A program made the position numbers and the translations under genes. Below, piece after piece: positions 59,060-64,000 of a stretch of DNA of 64,000 bases; the first letter of the stretch is position 1; every line of letters starts with the position of its first letter. This stretch comes from Candidatus Bathyarchaeia archaeon (GTDB lineage: Archaea; Thermoproteota; Bathyarchaeia; 40CM-2-53-6), in NCBI GenBank assembly GCA_049513715.1, contig JBEKVV010000003.1, positions 96,001 to 160,000 on the forward strand, given 5' to 3'. The notes beneath the pieces were generated by a model. The model did no database searches. It was not told the origin of the DNA and saw nothing but the letters and a program-made list of their open reading frames with translations.

Positions 59060-59677
59060 CTAGGAGTGCAAGTTTCTAGTTCCGTTTCTTGTCTTGTAGA
59101 AAGCGTGTACTGCGTCAGCAACTTGAACAGGCAATGCGCTCGTGAGTCTTCCGAGGGTTCTGATGATGTCTTGATATTGCAGAGCCTCAGCTACAGTAAA
59201 ACCTCCTCCACTGTATGGTTTAGGCGGTAGATCAAACCCGAGAACTCCTAGAGCATGCCATGAAGTATTGTCGAGAATTCCGTAAGTTTCTGGCCAGGTC
59301 AACGTTAGCACTGCGCATGCGAGGACAGGGCCAAATCCTGGTATTCTGCACAATGCGCCGACGCGGTCTTCATTATCGGGCTGCATCAAGGCGATGCCTA
59401 GTTGCTTCTCTATTTCAACTGAGCCCTGTTCGATTCTTCTCCGCAACGGTTGAAGCTTCTTCCATCGTATGATGGAATTCACATCAGTCTTGGTCCAGAA
59501 CCTCTTGCCTTCTTTTACTTGAGTTCCGACCTTGAAGAGATGCTCACTCAATGAAGTACGTTCGACTGCCTCAAGCTCTCTATATAGGCAGACTAATGCG
59601 TCGAAGTCTCGGACAAAATCAACTAAAACTGGGCCATAACTCCCTAGATCAATTCCAGATACTTGCGGCGGTTCCAC
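59060..59677 (-). CDS. Helix-hairpin-helix protein (DNA-glycosylase-like)
   Basis: IIRWK, LCRIPGFGPVLACAVL, YGILD. Confidence 0.65.
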   Translation of the reverse strand: MEPPQVSGIDLGSYGPVLVDFVRDFDALVCLYRELEAVERTSLSEHLFKVGTQVKEGKRFWTKTDVNSIIRWKKLQPLRRRIEQGSVEIEKQLGIALMQPDNEDRVGALCRIPGFGPVLACAVLTLTWPETYGILDNTSWHALGVLGFDLPPKPYSGGGFTVAEALQYQDIIRTLGRLTSALPVQVADAVHAFYKTRNGTRNLHS

Positions 59678-59694
59678 GCTCTGTCACTCCTAGC

Positions 59695-60906
59695 TCAACG
59701 TTTCATAGCTTTTTCGAACAATGGTATGGCGGCAGTCATGGTTAGGAACGTGTAAACTATGAGGATGAGCAGGTCAGGCGTGATGACGGCTAAGCTCGCG
59801 TTGAGGATTATCACCTTGCGAAGGGCATCTGCTGCGTAGTAAAGTGGTAAAGCTTTTCCTATCAGTTGCAGCCATCCCGGGAGTTGGTCGATTGGGAATA
59901 GAATTCCGCTGATGAACATCATCGGAAATTGGAGAATCATTGTCATCATTTGGGCGGTTTCTTGGTCGGGAGCTATAGCAGTCATGATTATGCCTACGCC
60001 AACGAAACTTGCTGTTCCGAGCAACAAAACGACGCACATGATGATTGGGCTGCCGTATATCTGCACGCCGAAAAGCAGCATGGATAGTCCAAGGATGAGG
60101 AAGCCTTGAATTAGTCCGCGTACGGTTTGCGCACCCACTTTGCCAAGTATTATTGATATGTGAGGAATGGGTGAAGCAAGTAAACCGTCCATTGTTCCTT
60201 GTTCTTTTTCGCGGGATATTGCGGTTGCGACTCCTTGGAGGGAGCCAGTGATTACAGTCAGTGCCATGAAACCTGGTGCTAGGAATTGGAACGAGGATGA
60301 GACGCCGCTGATGAGAGGTATGTTGGTGACGGAGATGGGTTGCATGATGAATGTAGGGTTGATTTTGCCGTCGCTCATGTTGTTGATGTTTTGCGTGGAC
60401 ATGCTTGACCCAATAATGTTGAAGACGGCTGAGATTTCGGATTGAACGACGGAGGCGGTTGTCGGGTTCGTTTCGTCGACGGTCACTTGGACGGTTGCGG
60501 GCTGTCCTGCGGCTAGGGCGTCGCTGAAGCCTTGCGGTATGACTATGATGCCTTTGAGGTTTCCTTCCACAAGTTGGTTGCGGGCTGTCTGGTAGCTGGC
60601 GCTATCAGAAATCTTGAAGAGACGTTGCTGTGTGGAGATTTGAATGAATTGGGCGGCAATTAGGCTAGCCGTCTGACCATCATCCATCTGTACTAATGAT
60701 ACTGGGAGGTTGGGGAATGCGGTGCCTATGCTGCCTGTGGTTGGATTTGATTTTGGTACTGGCGGATAAATGTTGCCGAACATGCCCATCAATAGGAGGG
60801 GAAATAGAATGAAGAAGAACAGCAACATTTTGGACCGCCACAAGTCCAGAAGGTCGCGCTTCGCTATTCCAAGCGCGATTGGTATCAGCTTAGGTCGGCC
60901 TCGCAT
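59695..60906 (-). CDS. ABC-2 type exporter permease
   Basis: REKEQGT, PMMFISGILFP, PLYYAADALR. Confidence 0.92.
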   Translation of the reverse strand: MRGRPKLIPIALGIAKRDLLDLWRSKMLLFFFILFPLLLMGMFGNIYPPVPKSNPTTGSIGTAFPNLPVSLVQMDDGQTASLIAAQFIQISTQQRLFKISDSASYQTARNQLVEGNLKGIIVIPQGFSDALAAGQPATVQVTVDETNPTTASVVQSEISAVFNIIGSSMSTQNINNMSDGKINPTFIMQPISVTNIPLISGVSSSFQFLAPGFMALTVITGSLQGVATAISREKEQGTMDGLLASPIPHISIILGKVGAQTVRGLIQGFLILGLSMLLFGVQIYGSPIIMCVVLLLGTASFVGVGIIMTAIAPDQETAQMMTMILQFPMMFISGILFPIDQLPGWLQLIGKALPLYYAADALRKVIILNASLAVITPDLLILIVYTFLTMTAAIPLFEKAMKR

Positions 60907-60909
60907 TGT

Positions 60910-61725
60910 TTACGCCCTCCCCATTGGAGACCTGAGTGCAATGCGTGCGGTCGCTGAATCTCTTAGCTCACGTCCGGTAAGAGTTAGAAAGACGTCAAGC
61001 AAGCTTTCTGAAGTGTATTTGGTCTTAAGTGCTTGAGGTGAATCAACCGCCATAATTTTACCATTGTCGATGATGCAGACACGGTCGGAAAGTTCGTCAG
61101 CCTCTTCCATTATGTGCGTTGTAAGGAGAATTGTGTGCCCGCGTTGTCTCAAGTCCTTAACCAAATCCCTGACGAAACGTGTGCTCTGCGGGTCCAGTGC
61201 GGTCGTAGGTTCATCCAAAAACAGTATGTCTGGATCGTGTAGGATTGCACGTATCACGTTCACCCTCTGCCTCATACCACTTGAGAAACCTCCCACAAGC
61301 TTGTCCTTGAACGGCGTTAGCTTAACCATTTCAAGCAGCTCCTCCGACTTGCGCCGAAGTTCGCTCTTCTCCATCCCGTACAGGCTACCGAAAAATTCCA
61401 GGTTTTCCAGCGCAGTCAAACGAGGATACATAATCATCTTCTCGGAAACTAACCCAATCCTTTCTCTAACTTCGTTCGCTTGGTGAACCACATCGAAGCC
61501 TGCAATGCTAGCTGTCCCTTCAGATGGAGTGAGAAGTGTGCAGAGCATTCGGATGATTGTGCTCTTACCAGCACCGTTTGGCCCCAAGAGACCGTAGATT
61601 TCTCCAGTTTGAATGCTGAGGTCAACGTGGTCGACCGCAGTGAAATTGTTGAATCGTTTTGTTAGACGATGCGTCTCAATTGCTTGGTCTGACAACGAAG
61701 AGACTGACATTTCTTCATCACTCAT
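60910..61725 (-). CDS. ABC transporter ATP-binding protein
   Basis: GPNGAGKST, FSSGMRQR, LFLDEPT, TTH. Confidence 0.95.
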   Translation of the reverse strand: MSDEEMSVSSLSDQAIETHRLTKRFNNFTAVDHVDLSIQTGEIYGLLGPNGAGKSTIIRMLCTLLTPSEGTASIAGFDVVHQANEVRERIGLVSEKMIMYPRLTALENLEFFGSLYGMEKSELRRKSEELLEMVKLTPFKDKLVGGFSSGMRQRVNVIRAILHDPDILFLDEPTTALDPQSTRFVRDLVKDLRQRGHTILLTTHIMEEADELSDRVCIIDNGKIMAVDSPQALKTKYTSESLLDVFLTLTGRELRDSATARIALRSPMGRA

Positions 61726-62968
61726 ACTTCAACGCGTTTATCACATTCATTTTTGATGCTCTCCAAGCAGGATAAAGACCAGCCACAATAGCGATAACAA
61801 CTGGGAAGAACAAGCTAAACAGAATCAGTTCTGGGCTAAAGACGGGGCTAGAAGCAAATGACGTTGAACTCGCACCTCTGGCTCCACCCCCAGCCCCGAA
61901 CCCACCTCCGCCACCGCCGAAGAGGCCACCTCCTATCACGAACGATAATATGTAACCAGCCGCCGTACCGAGTAAGCCGCCGATTAATCCGATGATGATG
62001 TTTTCGGAAAGAAACATGGCAAGTATTTGGTCTCGTCTGAAACCTAGTGCTTTCAGGATTCCGATTTCTCTTGTTCGCTCCATTACTGCAACGTAAGTTG
62101 TGTTAGCAACCATTATTGCTGCAACGAATAATGACACGGCTCCTATGCTTCCGAGAAATATCGTTAATTGTCCGGTGATTGCTGATATGCTGCTTGCAAT
62201 TGAGCCCGCACTTATTACTGAAATATCGGTGCCGTACATGCCTTGAATTTCCGATTGAACGGTTGCAACGTTATCTGCTGAGTCAACGATCACGTAGATT
62301 GCGCTGAAATTTTGAATTTTCATCAATATTTGTGCGGCTTGTAGCGACACGAATATGTTGTTGTCAACGTTACTGAATAGGGCGGAGCCATATGCCGCGA
62401 GGATACCTTTCACTAGGAAACTGAGGCTTGAGCTGCTTGAGCCTATTTTCATGGAAACAACTTGATTCAACCCAACCAATCCTTGACCTGATGTTGGATA
62501 AGCGATGTTGTATCCGATTGCGGCAGAAGTAGACTCGTATGAGTCTGGGAACTGCCCCTCTTCAAGCGCTAACCCTTTGAATATTACTGGGAGCGCCCTT
62601 GAATCAATTCCAATGAGTGTTCCTGAAACTGATTGACCTCCCACGCTCACGGTGGCTGGTCTACTGTAGTATGGGTAGACCTGTGTGACATATGGAAGAT
62701 TACCTAACCGTGGAATATCTTGAATGGAAAGCGCAAAAGACGAGGAACTTCCTGAAAGGAAATTTGAGCCTCCAGCACGAACTATGAGAACGTTTGCGCC
62801 AATCTTTTCCACTTGAGCTTTTATGCCAACACTTAATCCGCTTGAACTTGCAATTAAAGCCATGATTACGGCTGAACCAATCATTATTCCAATAACGGTC
62901 ATAGCGCTTCGGGCTTTTCGGTCAAGTAGAGCTTTAACCGCTAATTTGAGTAAATCATTTACTCGCAT
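61718..62968 (-). CDS. MacB/FtsX-family ABC permease
   Basis: KARSAMTVIGIMIG, ERTREIGILKALG, GLYPAWRAS, ALKYE. Confidence 0.92.
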   Translation of the reverse strand: MRVNDLLKLAVKALLDRKARSAMTVIGIMIGSAVIMALIASSSGLSVGIKAQVEKIGANVLIVRAGGSNFLSGSSSSFALSIQDIPRLGNLPYVTQVYPYYSRPATVSVGGQSVSGTLIGIDSRALPVIFKGLALEEGQFPDSYESTSAAIGYNIAYPTSGQGLVGLNQVVSMKIGSSSSSLSFLVKGILAAYGSALFSNVDNNIFVSLQAAQILMKIQNFSAIYVIVDSADNVATVQSEIQGMYGTDISVISAGSIASSISAITGQLTIFLGSIGAVSLFVAAIMVANTTYVAVMERTREIGILKALGFRRDQILAMFLSENIIIGLIGGLLGTAAGYILSFVIGGGLFGGGGGGFGAGGGARGASSTSFASSPVFSPELILFSLFFPVVIAIVAGLYPAWRASKMNVINALKYE

Positions 62969-62990
62969 GGGGTCTCACATTTCATATTTT

Positions 62991-63108
62991 CTAGCGTCTC
63001 ATTGCCTTTTCAAACAACGCTATGGGCGGCAGTTATGGTCAGGAACGTGTAGACCTTGAGTATGAGCACGTCGGGCATGATGACGGCCAAGGTGGCGTTG
63101 AGGATTAC
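62991..63108 (-). pseudogene. Degenerate copy of the 3' end of the ABC-2 permease
   Basis: Aligns with 59695-59815; reads VILNATLAVIMPDVLILKVYTFLTITAA, frameshift, IALFEKAMRR*. Confidence 0.8.
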
Positions 63109-63154
63109 CAAGATTGATTCAGAGCTGAGCGAAGTCATTGTGTCCTCTTCCATA

Positions 63155-63224
63155 TATCGATACGATACTATCTCATCGATATTGAGTTATATTAAAATAA
63201 TCCGCTTGGTATATCGATCCGATA
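63155..63224. promoter_or_regulatory. Three TATCG-N3-CGATA palindromes (putative PadR operators)
   Basis: 63155-67 perfect; 63169-81 one mismatch; 63212-24 perfect. Confidence 0.65.
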
Positions 63225-63234
63225 GTGATGGTCA

Positions 63235-63630
63235 ATGGCGAAGGGATTCCAGACGGGCCCTTACGAGGTAATGTTCTTTCTGGCGTTGAAGGATGGACCA
63301 GCCTACGGGTATGAACTAGCTACACGGTTTAGGAAGATGACTAGAGGTCACATTAGGTTTAGTTTTGGTACGATCTACCCTTTTCTACGTCGCATGGAGC
63401 GGAGAGGAATAATCAAATCGACTCGAAAGGAAAGGTTGGGCAGAGTATACTACGCACTAACTCCGAAAGGCCGAACAGCTCAAGAAAGGGTCTTCAAGCA
63501 AATGAAGAAGTCGCAGAAGGAATGGGAGGAGAAGTTGCTCGGCATACTAGCGATGCACGCGGAAGTGTTTGGACGAAGATCGCTTCACGACCTGTTGGAA
63601 CGTGGAAAGCTCTTGGCAAAGCCGTCATGA
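63235..63630 (+). CDS. PadR-family transcriptional regulator
   Basis: GPAYGYEL, GTIYPFLRRME, RVYYALTPKG. Confidence 0.92.
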   Translation: MAKGFQTGPYEVMFFLALKDGPAYGYELATRFRKMTRGHIRFSFGTIYPFLRRMERRGIIKSTRKERLGRVYYALTPKGRTAQERVFKQMKKSQKEWEEKLLGILAMHAEVFGRRSLHDLLERGKLLAKPS

Positions 63631-63649
63631 TAGGGGGTCTGGTGAAAGC

Positions 63650-63832
63650 ATGAAACGGCGCGCCTTCTCAATAGTTGGAGCAATAATCGCTCTGTTTGGT
63701 TTGGTATGGTTCCTACAAGGAGTCGGTGTTCTTCCTGGCAGTGTCATGAGCGGTTCACAATTCTGGGAAGTAGCCGGTGCAGTAACTTTCATCGTAGGAC
63801 TCGTAATCATCACTTATTGTTTGAGGCCTTGA
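63650..63832 (+). CDS. Small two-TM membrane protein
   Basis: GLVWFLQGVGVLPGSVMSG; GGTGA SD-like site before ATG 63650. Confidence 0.75.
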   Translation: MKRRAFSIVGAIIALFGLVWFLQGVGVLPGSVMSGSQFWEVAGAVTFIVGLVIITYCLRP

Positions 63833-64000
63833 TTGAATCCTGCATAATGTGCGTGCGAATCGCTTCGGCATCCGAGATAGGTCTACACCATACGTCGGTG
63901 GTACAGGTTTGACTACTACCGACCATAACATTCAGTGTAAGACATGCATTAAGTGAAGCGTGAGTGTAGTTGCCCGACGAGAAGAACCCGTTCAACCATC

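Noticed and set aside
59000..59060. tRNA-like words GGCGGTTAAGG and CGTGGGTTCGAG
   Set aside because: No cloverleaf, acceptor stem or T-stem partner could be built; only a short ACCCAC/GTGGGT hairpin

Overview
Archaeal chromosomal segment. The gene content (FEN1, aEF-1beta, Cdc48, Trm5, Trm112, TrmB, geranylgeranyl reductase, PEF-/CFI-box C-terminal tails) points to a TACK lineage, probably Bathyarchaeia-like; that placement is inference. Layout: (1) ~0.4-9.8 kb, a nucleotide-sugar/N-glycosylation cluster containing two paralogous TrmB regulators. (2) ~13.9-26.3 kb, an island of secreted, Ser/Thr-rich surface proteins with several C-terminal sorting tails. It contains gene remnants and a recurring intergenic motif GTGTGTGTGG-N6-TGGTGCG(A/C)GCAC, which I do not recognise. 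(3) ~27.9-37.2 kb, housekeeping genes with an inserted RelE-type toxin-antitoxin pair. (4) ~37.6-46.3 kb, a divergent redox locus: acyl-CoA dehydrogenase-etfB-etfA on one strand, and membrane protein-Tat Rieske-cytochrome b-membrane Fe-S/CCG oxidoreductase-amine dehydrogenase on the other, with no cytochrome c. (5) ~52.9-56.1 kb, carbamate kinase between two atypical transcarbamylases. (6) ~56-64 kb, accessory genes with a VapC remnant, a tRNA 3'-end fragment and a PadR-linked ABC exporter locus. Two genes appear to need non-canonical starts (ACG, CTG). I found no CRISPR array, rRNA, complete tRNA, integrase or transposase. All calls come from motif recognition by eye, without database searches.
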